Assembly (NCBI RefSeq): GCF_000495475.1
Contig: NZ_ASGZ01000029.1
Location: 8,000 to 71,999 of the forward strand
Source of the DNA: Candidatus Halobonum tyrrellensis G22
GTDB lineage: Archaea > Halobacteriota > Halobacteria > Halobacteriales > Haloferacaceae
Direction: 5' to 3'
Length of the DNA stretch: 64,000 bases
Below are positions 16,678 through 26,688 of the stretch, piece by piece. A program made the translations under genes and the position numbers. Numbering within the stretch: the stretch's first letter is position 1; every line of letters starts with the position of its first letter. The notes under the pieces are model-generated. The model searched no databases, was not told the DNA's origin, and was given only the letters and a program-made list of their open reading frames with translations.

Positions 16678-17169
16678 TCAGGAGTACGTCTCGACGCCCT
16701 CGACGTCGCGCAGCGTCTCGCTCACGTCGCCCGGCGTCGCGCCCGGCGCGTCGCGGACGCGGTGGTCGGGGACGAGTATCGGGGTCGGGTTGTTCGCGAG
16801 CGCGGTCCGCGCGGCGTCGACGTCACCCCCGTCGTCGGGGTCGAGTTCGGCGGTCATCGCCACCACGCGGTCGAGCGTCACCGACTCGCCGTACGGCACG
16901 TTCCGCGTCGATTCGAGCACGCTCCGCTGGACCGTCGGCACGGTGAGTCCGAGCGTCACGTCGGCGAAGTCGTCCTCCGCGCCGTCGAGGTAGTCGAACA
17001 GCCGGTCGAGGACGGGGTGGTCGGCCGCGGCGTCGTCCGGCACCGCCGCGGGGAACGACACCGAGAGGGTCCGCCCCGCCGCGGCGCCGAGTTCGACCGC
17101 CCGCCCCAGCCGCGGCGACTCGCGGGCGTACACGCCCGCGTCGCCGACGTCGCCTGCGTTCGTGTCCAT
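16678..17169 (-). CDS. MGMT-family (O6-alkylguanine-DNA alkyltransferase-like) protein with Asp in place of the active-site Cys
   Basis: The C-terminal domain has [17 protein letters not shown]...[12 protein letters not shown] aligned to the Ogt helix-turn-helix and PCHRV active-site loop. The codon was checked on the DNA: gac (Asp) where tgc (Cys) is expected. Confidence 0.6.
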   Translation of the reverse strand: MDTNAGDVGDAGVYARESPRLGRAVELGAAAGRTLSVSFPAAVPDDAAADHPVLDRLFDYLDGAEDDFADVTLGLTVPTVQRSVLESTRNVPYGESVTLDRVVAMTAELDPDDGGDVDAARTALANNPTPILVPDHRVRDAPGATPGDVSETLRDVEGVETYS

Positions 17170-17314
17170 ACCCCGTCGTGGCGCGAGCGCGGTTTCAACG
17201 CGACGGTCGGCCCGCGGTCCGGCGGCCCGGCGGGCCGGCGGCCGACGGTCGACCCGTCAGCCCGCCCCCGCCGACGCAACTCTTTTGTACGGATATGCGC
17301 ATTAGTGAACACAG

Positions 17315-18100
17315 ATGAACACACAGGACGAGGTCGCGCCCGCGGTGCGCGCCATCCTCGACGCGGCCGGCACGCGCGAGGGGGGCGACCGACGGCTCTC
17401 GGTCGACGCCCGGTCGCTCCCCGACGCGTTCGCCGCCGCGGAGGCGGACGGGCGCGTCCCGGTGATCGCCGAGGTGAAGCCGACCAGCCCCACCACCGAG
17501 GGGACGCGCGCGGACGACCCGGTCGACCTCGCGCGCGCGATGGTCGACGGCGGCGCGGCCGCGCTGTCGGTGCTCACGGAGCCGAGCCACTTCGGCGGGT
17601 CGCCCGAGGCGCTCGAACGGGTCCGCGCCGCGGTGGACGTGCCGGTGCTCCGGAAGGACTTCCTCCTCCGGGAGGAGCACCTCGACGTAGTCGAGGCGGA
17701 CGCCGTGCTGCTGATCGCGCGCTTCCTCGACGACCTCCCGCGGATGGTCGCGGCGGCGCGCGACCGGGGGTTCCAGCCGCTCGTCGAGGTTCACGACGCG
17801 GCGGAGGTACGGCGAGCGGTCGACGCGGGCGCCGAAATCGTCGGCGTGAACAACCGCGACCTCGCGGAACTGGAGGTGGACCTCTCGACGTTCGAGACGG
17901 TCGCGCCGGAGGTTCCCGACGACGCCACGCTGATAGCCGAGTCGGGGATCACCACCCGCGCGGACGCCCGGCGGATGCGTACGGCGGGCGCGGACGGCCT
18001 CCTGATCGGTTCCGCGATCATGGACACCGAGGGGGCGGCGGGCGACGTGGCCGCGAACACGCGGCGTTTTACTACCGCCGGGACGGAGGACGCGACATGA
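17315..18100 (+). CDS. trpC: indole-3-glycerol phosphate synthase
   Basis: 261 aa with TIM-barrel IGPS motifs ([26 protein letters not shown]); it is the first gene of a trpC-trpB-trpA cluster and its stop overlaps the trpB start (ATGA). Confidence 0.88.
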   Translation: MNTQDEVAPAVRAILDAAGTREGGDRRLSVDARSLPDAFAAAEADGRVPVIAEVKPTSPTTEGTRADDPVDLARAMVDGGAAALSVLTEPSHFGGSPEALERVRAAVDVPVLRKDFLLREEHLDVVEADAVLLIARFLDDLPRMVAAARDRGFQPLVEVHDAAEVRRAVDAGAEIVGVNNRDLAELEVDLSTFETVAPEVPDDATLIAESGITTRADARRMRTAGADGLLIGSAIMDTEGAAGDVAANTRRFTTAGTEDAT

Positions 18101-19365
18101 GCGACAGCGACCGAGGCGCCGGCGCCGGCGACGGGAAGTTCGGTCCGTACGGCGGCCAGTACGTCCCCGAGGTGCTGATGCCCGCCATCGAGGAACTCAC
18201 GGACGCCTACGAGCGGTACGTCCTCGACAACGAGGAGGGGTTCGTCGACGAGTTCCGCGAGCGACTCGCCGACTTCGGCGGGCGGCCCACTCCGCTCCAG
18301 CGCGCGGACAGGCTCTCCGAGCGGTACGGCACCGAGGTGTATCTCAAGCGCGAGGACCTGCTCCACGGCGGCGCGCACAAACTGAACAACGCGCTCGGGC
18401 AGGTGCTGCTCGCGAAGTACATGGGGAAAGAGCGGATCATCGCCGAGACGGGCGCGGGCCAGCACGGCACCGCGACGGCGATGGCGGCGGCCCACCTCGA
18501 CATGCCGTGTGAGGTGTACATGGGCGAACGCGACATCAACCGCCAGCGGCCCAACGTGTTCCGGATGCGGCTCAACGGCGCGGACGTGGTGCCCGTGACC
18601 GCGGGTCGGGGGACGCTGAAGGAGGCCATCTCGGAGACGATGCGCGAGTGGGCGACCAACGTCGAGGACACCCACTACGTCATCGGGTCGGTCGTCGGTC
18701 CCCACCCGTTCCCGACGATGGTGCGGGACTTCCAGGCGGTCATCTCCGAGGAGGCGCGCGGGCAGATACGGGAGAAGGCGGGGCGGCTCCCTGACGCGGT
18801 GCTCGCCTGTGCGGGCGGCGGGTCGAACACGATGGGGACGTTCCACGAGTTCGTCGGCGACGACGACGTGGACCTGTACGCGGTGGAGGCCGGCGGGAGT
18901 TCCCTCGACGTCGACCAGGAGACCGGCGTCGCGCCCAACTCGGCGTCGCTGTCGACGGGCAGTGAGGGGGTGCTCCACGGCGCGCGCACCAAACTCCTCC
19001 AGGACCGCGACGGTCAGATCGTCGAGTCGCACTCGGTGTCGTCGGGGCTCGACTACGCGGGCGTCGGCCCGGAACTCGCGGCGCTCGTCGACGAGGGGCG
19101 CGTCACGCCCGTCAACGAGGACGACGACGCCGCGCTCGAAGCGTTCCACCGGCTCTCACAGGAGGAGGGGATCATCCCCGCGCTCGAGTCCGCCCACGCG
19201 CTGGCGTACCTCCACTCGGCGGCCGACGACCTGGGCGAGGTGGTCGTGGTGAACGTCTCCGGACGGGGCGACAAGGACCTCGAATCCGTCATCGAGGAGA
19301 CCGACAGGCGCGACCTGTCGAACGCGCCCGACATGGACGTCCTCGAACGGGAGGGCGGGCTGTGA
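18097..19365 (+). CDS. trpB: tryptophan synthase beta subunit
   Basis: [13 protein letters not shown]..., the PLP-lysine region [13 protein letters not shown], and GSNTMG plus the C-terminal GRGDKD motif. Confidence 0.92.
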   Translation: MSDSDRGAGAGDGKFGPYGGQYVPEVLMPAIEELTDAYERYVLDNEEGFVDEFRERLADFGGRPTPLQRADRLSERYGTEVYLKREDLLHGGAHKLNNALGQVLLAKYMGKERIIAETGAGQHGTATAMAAAHLDMPCEVYMGERDINRQRPNVFRMRLNGADVVPVTAGRGTLKEAISETMREWATNVEDTHYVIGSVVGPHPFPTMVRDFQAVISEEARGQIREKAGRLPDAVLACAGGGSNTMGTFHEFVGDDDVDLYAVEAGGSSLDVDQETGVAPNSASLSTGSEGVLHGARTKLLQDRDGQIVESHSVSSGLDYAGVGPELAALVDEGRVTPVNEDDDAALEAFHRLSQEEGIIPALESAHALAYLHSAADDLGEVVVVNVSGRGDKDLESVIEETDRRDLSNAPDMDVLEREGGL

Positions 19366-20198
19366 GCCGGTTGCGCGAGGCGTTCGCCGACGGCCCGGCG
19401 TTCGTCCCCTACCTCGCGGTCGGCGACCCCGACTACGAGTCGTCGCTCGAGTACGTCCGCGCGCTCGACCGGGGCGGCGCCGACGCCATCGAACTCGGTC
19501 TCCCCTTCTCGGAACCGGTCGCGGAGGGACCCACGATTCAGGGCGCCGTGGTGCGCGCGCTGGAGGGGGGAATGACGCCGACCCGCTTCTTCGAGTTCGT
19601 CGAGGAACTCGACACCGACACGCCGTTGGTCTGTATGACGTACTACAACCTCGTCTACCAGTACGGTGAGCGGCCCGGTCCGCGGCCGTTCGTCGAACGG
19701 GCGGCCGACGCGGGGCTGTCGGGGTTCGTCGTCCCCGACCTGCCCGCCGAGGAGGCGGGACCGCTCCGGGAGGCGTGCGACGAGTTCGGACTCGACCTCG
19801 TCTCCATCGTCGCGCCGACGACCGACGACGAGCGGCTGGAGAAACTGGTCGCGGTGTCGTCGGGCTACCTCTACGTGCAGGCGCGGCTTGGGGTGACGGG
19901 CGCACGGTCGGACGTGTCGAGCGACACCGCGGCGTCGCTCGACCGCCTGTCGGGCGTCGACCTGCCGAAGGCCGTCGGGTTCGGCATCTCCTCGGGCGAG
20001 CAGGCCGCGGAGGTGGTGGCGTCGGGCGCCGACGGCGTCATCGTCGGCTCGGCGCTCGTCGACATCGTCGCCGAGGGCCACGAGAACGGCGACCCCACGG
20101 AGGAGGTGGCCGTCCGACTCGAATCGCTCGCCCGTGAGCTGAAGGAGGGCGTCGAGCGCGGGTTCTCGCGACGCCCGCCGCGAACCGAAGGCTCTTGA
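19362..20198 (+). CDS. trpA: tryptophan synthase alpha subunit
   Basis: YLAVGDP..., [19 protein letters not shown], and the C-terminal GFGISS and GVIVGSALV motifs; GTG start overlapping the trpB stop. Confidence 0.9.
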   Translation: MSRLREAFADGPAFVPYLAVGDPDYESSLEYVRALDRGGADAIELGLPFSEPVAEGPTIQGAVVRALEGGMTPTRFFEFVEELDTDTPLVCMTYYNLVYQYGERPGPRPFVERAADAGLSGFVVPDLPAEEAGPLREACDEFGLDLVSIVAPTTDDERLEKLVAVSSGYLYVQARLGVTGARSDVSSDTAASLDRLSGVDLPKAVGFGISSGEQAAEVVASGADGVIVGSALVDIVAEGHENGDPTEEVAVRLESLARELKEGVERGFSRRPPRTEGS

Positions 20199-20248
20199 GG
20201 CCGAGCGGTTCGGAAACGCTTTTACGCCGATTGCCAGACGTTCGCACG

Positions 20249-21061
20249 ATGGAACACGCAGGACTCGACGCCCGACTCGACCGCATCTCGACGGACGGCC
20301 GCGTGCTGATGGTGCCGATGGACCACGGCATCACGCTCGGCGCCGTCGACGGGTTGCGCGACATCGAGTCGACCATCGACGCCGTGACCCGCGGCGGCGC
20401 CGACGCCGTGCTCACACAGAAAGGTATCGCGCCCCGGGTCCACCCGAACAAGAACGACGCGGGCTACCTCGTCCACCTCAACGCCTCGACCGTCGTCGGC
20501 CCGGAGGCGAACGACAAACGCCGGACCGGCACCGTGAAGGCGGCCATCCGCGCGGGCGCGGACGCCGTCTCCGTCCACGTCAACGTCGGCTCCGACTACG
20601 AACCCGAACAGGTCGAGTTCCTCACCGACGTGACCGAGACGGCGAGCGACTACGGCCTGCCGACGCTCGCGATGGCGTACGCCCGCGGGGCGAACCTGGA
20701 GGGCGACGACCCCGAACACGACCCCGAGTACCTCGGCCACGCGGTCAGGCTCGCCGAGGAGTGCGGCGCGGACCTCGTCAAGACGGCCTACTCCGGCGAC
20801 GCCGACAGTTTCGAGAGCGTCGTCGGCTCCACCCGGCTGCCGGTGATCATCGCGGGCGGGTCGCCCGTCGGCGACGAGGCCACCCTCGACGCCGTCCGCG
20901 GCGCGATGGACGCGGGCGCCGCGGGCGTCTCGATGGGGCGGACCATCTTCCAACACCGGGACCCGGGGGCGATGACGCGCGCCGTCTCGGCCGTCGTCCA
21001 CGACGACGCGCCGGCGGCGGACGCGCTCGCGGAGTCCGGACTGGGCGAGGAAGCCGAGTAG
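20249..21061 (+). CDS. 2-amino-3,7-dideoxy-D-threo-hept-6-ulosonate synthase (ADH synthase, archaeal AroA'; class I aldolase DhnA family)
   Basis: 270 aa; the MVPMDHG...LTQKG...Schiff-base lysine region DLVKTAY and PVIIAGG are typical of the archaeal ADHS/FbaB-like family. It lies adjacent to trpCBA and near DHQ synthase II, as in other Halobacteria. Confidence 0.78.
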   Translation: MEHAGLDARLDRISTDGRVLMVPMDHGITLGAVDGLRDIESTIDAVTRGGADAVLTQKGIAPRVHPNKNDAGYLVHLNASTVVGPEANDKRRTGTVKAAIRAGADAVSVHVNVGSDYEPEQVEFLTDVTETASDYGLPTLAMAYARGANLEGDDPEHDPEYLGHAVRLAEECGADLVKTAYSGDADSFESVVGSTRLPVIIAGGSPVGDEATLDAVRGAMDAGAAGVSMGRTIFQHRDPGAMTRAVSAVVHDDAPAADALAESGLGEEAE

Positions 21062-21085
21062 CGCGGTCGAGTTCGCCCCCGGGAG

Positions 21086-21493
21086 ATGACCGATATCGAG
21101 TACCCCACCGCTGACGACGTCCACGCGCTTCATGATACTATCGTGGCGGAGAACCGCGATACCGACGCCGGTACCCGGAACCCCGACGCTGTCGGGTCGG
21201 CGTTAGTGTACGTCTCGGAAGGGTACTTCGGTGAAGTCCCCGAGACGATTCACGAGAAGGCAGCGCATCTCGCGCGCCTCCTCGCCACTGAACACCCGTA
21301 CGTGGACGGTAACAAGCGGACTGCGCTCGCGGCCGCAACGATGCTGTACAACCTCAACGGATACGAGTTCGACTGGGAGGACCGCTGGATGCGGTACATC
21401 CTCCGGGACTTTGCGACAGAAGGTTCGGAACTCGAAATGGCCGCTATCGTCCGACGCTTCGAGGGATGGGCAAAGCACTATACTCGTGAGTGA
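21086..21493 (+). CDS. Fic/Doc family protein (death-on-curing-like toxin)
   Basis: 135 aa with the Fic-fold core motif HPYVDGNKRTALAA (HxFx[DN]GNKR); the local GC is visibly lower than in flanking genes. Confidence 0.8.
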   Translation: MTDIEYPTADDVHALHDTIVAENRDTDAGTRNPDAVGSALVYVSEGYFGEVPETIHEKAAHLARLLATEHPYVDGNKRTALAAATMLYNLNGYEFDWEDRWMRYILRDFATEGSELEMAAIVRRFEGWAKHYTRE

Positions 21494-21511
21494 CCTACGT
21501 GTGGGCGAGAA

Positions 21512-21671
21512 CATGGCCGAATCGGCTGACGACTCCGCCGAGCGAGAACGGCTCGTAGAGCAGATCCGCTCCGCGAAAACACCCGAAGAGCGTCGTGAGG
21601 CGGTGCGAGCACTCGCCAAGCGGAACATCGACCGGCACCGCGAGACGTACGAGAAGCTGGCGAACGAGTAG
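21512..21671 (+). CDS. hypothetical small charged helical protein (candidate partner of the Doc-like gene)
   Basis: 52-aa ORF MAESADDSAERERLVEQIRSAKTPEERREAVRALAKRNIDRHRETYEKLANE, 18 nt downstream of the Doc-like gene on the same strand; no family recognised. Confidence 0.35.
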
Positions 21672-21767
21672 GTTCGTTCTCACGTGAGAGTCCGAAACGA
21701 CAGCTCGTGAGTCGGCTCGTCGCCGTTCGCCGACTGCGACGGCCACTGTGGGAGACCCGTTCGTTCT

Positions 21768-23123
21768 TCAGGCTGCTCCCGGCCCGAACCGCCCCGGTTC
21801 CACCTCGCTCGCCGCGGGGAACCGCCGGAGCGCGGGGACGACCACCCACGCGGCCGCGACGCCGACGAACCCGACCGCCGCGGCGGCGACGACCCGGCCC
21901 GCGCCGACCGCCTCGCCGGCCGCGCCGCCGAGGAGCGTCCCGACCGGTCCGACGACGCTCGACACCGCCCCGACGACCGCGGTGACCCGGCCGAGGAGGC
22001 CGTCGGGGACGCCCGTCTGGACCACCGTGAGCACCAGCACGTTGTACACCCCGGCGGGGACGTACGCGAGCGCGAACAGCGCCGCGGTCGGAAGCGGCGC
22101 GGAGACGGCGACGCCCGCGGCCCAACACGCCGCGCTGAGGCCGAACCCCGCGGCGGTCATGCGACCGAACGGGACGCCCTCAAACCGCGTGGCGACGAGC
22201 GACCCGACGAACGCGCCCGCGCCGTTGGCGGCGACGAGCAGGCCGTACGTGCCCGCGTCGCCGGCGCCGACCAGCGGGAGCGACGGCGCGCCGAGGGCGT
22301 CGGCGTACCCCGGGAGCACCCCCACCGACGCGCCCCCCGCGAACGTCGTCACCGCGACCGCCGCGACCATCGCGCCCACCGCCGACTCGCGGACGACCGC
22401 GACGCCCTCCCGGAGTTCCGCGACGTACGCGCCGAGCGACGGGAGCCCGGACGAGTCGTCGGCGGCCCCGTCGCCGTCGGACCCCGGTTCGCCCGCGCCG
22501 CCCGCCTCGGCGGCCGCGGGCACGACCAGCGCCCGGAACGCGGCCGCGGCGACGAGGAACGTCACCGCGTCCGCGAGGTAGAGCGGGACGGCGCCGACCG
22601 CCGCGACGGCGGCGCCGCCGGCGGCCCGCCCGAGCGAGCCGACCCCCCGCGAGGCGACCTGGAACGCGGTGTTCGCCCGCGCGAGACGGTCGCCGTCGAC
22701 GACCCGGGGGAGCGCGGCGTTCTGGGCGGGCGGGCCGGCCTGCCCGGCCAACGCGACCAGCGGAATGGTGACCAGCACGACGCCGACCGAGAGCGCGCCC
22801 GCCCACGCCGCAAGCGGGACGACCACGACGACGAGCGCCTGCGCGAGTTCCGCGCCGACCAGCACGCGGTCCAGCCGCGACCGGTCGACCAGCGGGCCGA
22901 CGAACGCCCGCAGCGCGCCCGGCGCCGACGCGAGCGCGCTCGCCAGCCCCGCGTACGCCGTCGACCCCGTGAGTTCGTAGACGAGCCACGTCGCCGCCAC
23001 CGCGTACAGCGCGTCGCCAGCGAGGCTCACCGCCCGGCCGCCGAACAGCAGCCGGAACGCCCGGTTCGAGAACAGGTCCGCGAGGGGGTGTCGTCGGAGC
23101 CCCCCGAGAGGCGCGAGGTGCAC
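21768..23123 (-). CDS. MFS transporter
   Basis: About 451 aa with 12 predicted TM segments and MFS-like loops; the start is placed at GTG (VHLAPLGG...). The 5' 440 codons of the 892-aa track ORF are Arg/Asp-rich junk antisense to the DHQ synthase II gene. Confidence 0.7.
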   Translation of the reverse strand: MHLAPLGGLRRHPLADLFSNRAFRLLFGGRAVSLAGDALYAVAATWLVYELTGSTAYAGLASALASAPGALRAFVGPLVDRSRLDRVLVGAELAQALVVVVVPLAAWAGALSVGVVLVTIPLVALAGQAGPPAQNAALPRVVDGDRLARANTAFQVASRGVGSLGRAAGGAAVAAVGAVPLYLADAVTFLVAAAAFRALVVPAAAEAGGAGEPGSDGDGAADDSSGLPSLGAYVAELREGVAVVRESAVGAMVAAVAVTTFAGGASVGVLPGYADALGAPSLPLVGAGDAGTYGLLVAANGAGAFVGSLVATRFEGVPFGRMTAAGFGLSAACWAAGVAVSAPLPTAALFALAYVPAGVYNVLVLTVVQTGVPDGLLGRVTAVVGAVSSVVGPVGTLLGGAAGEAVGAGRVVAAAAVGFVGVAAAWVVVPALRRFPAASEVEPGRFGPGAA

Positions 23124-23246
23124 GTCACCTCCGGGAACGGCCGCCGTGATATACTTTCTCCGCGCTGACAGTATCGCCGATCCGGTCCCCTCTCCCGGTC
23201 GTCCATCCGCCAGGTTCAAGCGGGCCGCCACTGAGAGGACGCTACA

Positions 23247-24437
23247 ATGGAACGAAAGCGGAGCGTCTGGCTTCGCGCCGACGACGGCGTCGGCGACTGG
23301 GACCGGCGGAAGCGACGGATCACGGCCGGACTGGAGGCGGGCGTCGACTGGGTGCTCGTCGACGAACGCGACGTCGAGCGGGTGCGCGAACTCGGCGACG
23401 TGAACGTGGCGGCGTTCCGCTCGGACGCGGACGTGGACGTCCTCGGCGAGACGGACGGCGGGGATGGGGCGGTCGCGGACGCGTACGTCGTCGGCAAGGA
23501 CGGCGAGGGCGACGGCACCGTCGACCTGCCCGCGGACCTGTCGGGGTCGGCGGACCTCACGACGCTCCGCCGGTCGGACGACCGCGCGCAGGGGGCGTAC
23601 GTCCGGATCTTCGACGAGGAGTACGAGGCGTTCGCGGAGGCGGCCGCCCGCGACGCGGAGTACCTCATCACGGTGGGCGAGAACTGGAAGATCATCCCGC
23701 TGGAGAACCTGATCGCGCGCATCGGCGACGAGACCACGCTGGTCGCGGGCGTCACGGCCGCCGACGAGGCGCGGACCGCCTTCGAGACGCTCGAACTCGG
23801 CGCGGACGCGGTGCTCCTCGACGCCGACGACCCCGACGAGATCAGACGGACGGTGGAGGTGCGCGACGAGGCGGCCCGCGAGTCGCTCGACCTCACGACC
23901 GCGACGATAACGGAGATAGAGCGCGCGGGGTCGGCCGACCGGGTCTGCGTCGACACCGGGAGCATCATGGACCACGACGAGGGGATGCTCGTGGGGTCGA
24001 TGTCGCGGGGGCTGTTCTTCGTCCACGCGGAGACCGCGGAGTCGCCGTACGTCGCCTCCCGGCCGTTCCGGGTGAACGCGGGCGCGGTCCACGCGTACGT
24101 CCGCACGCCCGACGGCGGCACCAAGTACCTCAGCGAACTCCGCTCGGGGGATACGGTCCAGGTCGTCGACACCAACGGGAAGACCCGCGAGGCCATCGTC
24201 GGCCGCGTCAAGATAGAGAAGCGCCCCATGTTCCGGGTGACCGCGGAGGTTGACACCGACGACGGCGTCGACCGCATCGCCACGCTGGTCCAGAACGCCG
24301 AGACCGTGAAGGTGGCGACGAGCGAGGGACGCAAGGCCGTCACGGACCTGGAGGCGGGCGACGAGACGGTCGTCTACTACGAGGACGTCGCGCGCCACTT
24401 CGGCGAGGCGGTCGAGGAGAGCATCATCGAACAGTAA
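23247..24437 (+). CDS. 3-dehydroquinate synthase II (archaeal AroB')
   Basis: 396 aa; size and conserved blocks (VWLRADDG, ENWKIIPLENLIA, GMLVGS, FFVHAET, RPFRVNAGAVHAY) match the archaeal DHQS-II family that pairs with ADH synthase. Confidence 0.8.
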   Translation: MERKRSVWLRADDGVGDWDRRKRRITAGLEAGVDWVLVDERDVERVRELGDVNVAAFRSDADVDVLGETDGGDGAVADAYVVGKDGEGDGTVDLPADLSGSADLTTLRRSDDRAQGAYVRIFDEEYEAFAEAAARDAEYLITVGENWKIIPLENLIARIGDETTLVAGVTAADEARTAFETLELGADAVLLDADDPDEIRRTVEVRDEAARESLDLTTATITEIERAGSADRVCVDTGSIMDHDEGMLVGSMSRGLFFVHAETAESPYVASRPFRVNAGAVHAYVRTPDGGTKYLSELRSGDTVQVVDTNGKTREAIVGRVKIEKRPMFRVTAEVDTDDGVDRIATLVQNAETVKVATSEGRKAVTDLEAGDETVVYYEDVARHFGEAVEESIIEQ

Positions 24438-24511
24438 CGGGCGCACCCGGCCGCGGTCGGGGTGTCCGTCTTCCCGCTCCGCTCACCGCTCGCGGTCGGC
24501 GGCGACCGCCG

Positions 24512-25252
24512 CTACGCCAGCGACTCGACCAACTCCCGCAGCGTCGCCAGGTCGTACTGGCCGGGCGCGGTCGCCGCCTCCGGCCGGACGGGCGCGTAGC
24601 CGATGCGCGAGCCGTAGACGGGTGCGACCGCGCGGGTGTGTCGCCCGGCCTCGCCCATCGCCATCGTCGCCACCCGCTCGCCCCGGCGGGTCGCGCGGTG
24701 GGTCGCAGACAGCAGCGCCAGCGCGTCGTCGCGGTCGGAGGCGGTCACGGCGAGTTTGCCCACGTCGCCCGCGCGGGCGGCCGCCGCCGACAGCGCGTCG
24801 AGCGTCCGCGGGTCGGGCGTCGCCGCGAAGTCGTGGACCGACGCGACGACGGTCACGCCGGCCTCGCGCGCCCGCCCGACGAGGTCCGCGACCGAGGCGT
24901 CGTTCTCGCCGGTCGGCCGGCCGCGCAGCGTCGCGAGTTCCACGTCGACGGCCGCGACCGCCTTGTGGTCGACGGCGGCCGCGAGCGCGTCCAGCCGGCC
25001 GTCCGGCCGGGTCTCGCCGCCCTCCCACCGCGGTCGGTTCGTGACGAGCAGCGGGAGGCTGCCGTCGTACGCCGCGAGCGCGTCCAGCGGCGCGTCCGCG
25101 AGGTCCATCCGGAACTCCACGCAGTCAGCGTGCTCGCGGGCGGCCGGCTCCTCCGAGAGGTCGGCGGTCGACGCCGCCAGCCGGAACTCGTCGAACTCCA
25201 GGTTCACGACCGGGGTTGCGCCCCCGGGGGTGAAAACTCGCCCGCTCACGCG
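24512..25252 (-). CDS. aroD: 3-dehydroquinate dehydratase, type I
   Basis: Aligns to the type I AroD region EHADCVEFRMDLADA (E. coli ADILEWRVDHYAD) and the downstream Schiff-base lysine region (AGDVGKLAVTA); the start is placed at GTG and is uncertain. Confidence 0.75.
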   Translation of the reverse strand, partial: RVSGRVFTPGGATPVVNLEFDEFRLAASTADLSEEPAAREHADCVEFRMDLADAPLDALAAYDGSLPLLVTNRPRWEGGETRPDGRLDALAAAVDHKAVAAVDVELATLRGRPTGENDASVADLVGRAREAGVTVVASVHDFAATPDPRTLDALSAAAARAGDVGKLAVTASDRDDALALLSATHRATRRGERVATMAMGEAGRHTRAVAPVYGSRIGYAPVRPEAATAPGQYDLATLRELVESLA

Positions 25253-25523
25253 CCCCGCATCTCGGGGACGAACGTCGGCCGGCGGAGCGGGATGTCGACG
25301 CCGAACAGCGTCCAACTCGCGGCCGACAGCGGGTCGGACTGGACGCCGACGGCCCCGAGAGCGGCGCCGCGAGGGCGACCATCGGGACGCCGTGTGCGAG
25401 GTCGTAGCGGGGACCCATCGCTCGCCGGTTGGGGAGGCGACGCGATACGGGTGTGGTCGGCCGGCGTCGACCCGCGCCGAGTCGCGGCGGTCGTCTCCGA
25501 CTCCGGCCGTACTCCGCTCCGGC

Positions 25524-26504
25524 TCAGGCCGCGAGGCCTTCCTCGGCTTCGAGCAGTTCGTGATACCGGTTGCGGATCGTGACCTCGGAGATGTCGGCCA
25601 CCTCCGAGACGGCCGCCTGCGTGGTCTTCTCGTTGGTGAGCAGCGCGGCGGCGTACACCGCGGCCGCGGCCAGCCCGACCGGCGACTTACCCGAGTGGAC
25701 GCCCTGCTCTTTGGCGTTCCGCAGCAGTTGTTTCGCGCGGAGTTCCGCCTCGTCCGACAGGCCGAGCGAGGAGGCGAACCGCGGGACGTACTGCTCGGGG
25801 TCGGCGGGTTTCACCTCCAGTTTCAGTTCGCGCACGACGTAGCGGTACGTCCGCGCCACCTCGTCTTTGCTGACGCGGGAGACGTCGGCGATCTCGTCGA
25901 GCGACCGGGGGACGCCCGCCATCCGGGCGGCGGCGTACGTACACGCCGTCGAGACGCCCTCGATGGAGCGGCCGGGCAGGAGGTCCTCGTCGAGCGCTCG
26001 CCGGTAGATGACGCTCGCGGTCTCGCGGACGTTGTCCGGCAGGCCGAGCGCGGAGGCCATGCGGTCGATCTCGCCGAGCGCCTGCTTGAGGTTGCGCTCC
26101 TTCGAGTCGCGGGTGCGGAACCGCTCGTTCCACTTGCGCAGCCGGCGCATCTTCTGGCGCTGGTTGCTCGACAGCGACCGGCCGTACGCGTCCTGGTCGC
26201 GCCAGTCGATGTTGGTCGACAGCCCCTTGTCGTGCATCGTGTTCGTCGTCGGGGCGCCGACCCGGCTCTTCTCGTCCTTCTCGGCGGCGTCGAACGCGCG
26301 CCACTCCGGCCCGCGGTCGACCGAGTCCTCCTCGACGACCAGCCCGCAGTCCGCACAGACCGTCTCGCCGTGTTCCTCGTCCGTGACGACGTGGCCGCCG
26401 CACTCGGGGCACGACAGCCCCTCGTCGGCCGTCGTCTCCGTCTGTGTCTCCGTCTCCGTCTCGCTGGTTCCAATTCGGTCTCTGGTGTGGGTTTTCTCGC
26501 TCAT
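25524..26504 (-). CDS. tfb: transcription initiation factor IIB (TFB)
   Basis: N-terminal Zn ribbon CPECGG...CADCG, B-reader/linker, and two cyclin-fold repeats with a C-terminal HTH (SGKSPVGLAAAAVYAA). Confidence 0.92.
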   Translation of the reverse strand: MSEKTHTRDRIGTSETETETQTETTADEGLSCPECGGHVVTDEEHGETVCADCGLVVEEDSVDRGPEWRAFDAAEKDEKSRVGAPTTNTMHDKGLSTNIDWRDQDAYGRSLSSNQRQKMRRLRKWNERFRTRDSKERNLKQALGEIDRMASALGLPDNVRETASVIYRRALDEDLLPGRSIEGVSTACTYAAARMAGVPRSLDEIADVSRVSKDEVARTYRYVVRELKLEVKPADPEQYVPRFASSLGLSDEAELRAKQLLRNAKEQGVHSGKSPVGLAAAAVYAAALLTNEKTTQAAVSEVADISEVTIRNRYHELLEAEEGLAA

Positions 26505-26542
26505 TCGTGAATCGTGAGGGCGGGTGCTCCCAGGTGGCTTCG

Positions 26543-26551
26543 GTTAAAAAC
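26543..26551 (-). promoter_or_regulatory. TATA-like element upstream of tfb
   Basis: tttttaacc on the minus strand about 40 nt upstream of the tfb ATG. A second AT-rich box, cgtttaaatcc at 26596-26606, lies upstream of the plus-strand binding-protein gene. Confidence 0.35.
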
Positions 26552-26688
26552 GCCTGGGCGGTGTTTCCGTGAGAACAGTAGATGGGGGCGTAACGTTTAA
26601 ATCCGGCGGTGTAGTGCGACCGGGTCTCACCTCCGGTCGGCGGGGCGAACGCCCGGACGGGAGCTATTTGTGCGCCCGCGACCCACGG

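Noticed and set aside
23124-24446. 5' 440 codons of the 892-aa minus-strand ORF
   Set aside because: They are antisense to DHQ synthase II with an Arg/Asp-rich junk translation. The MFS gene is taken to start at the GTG at 23123.
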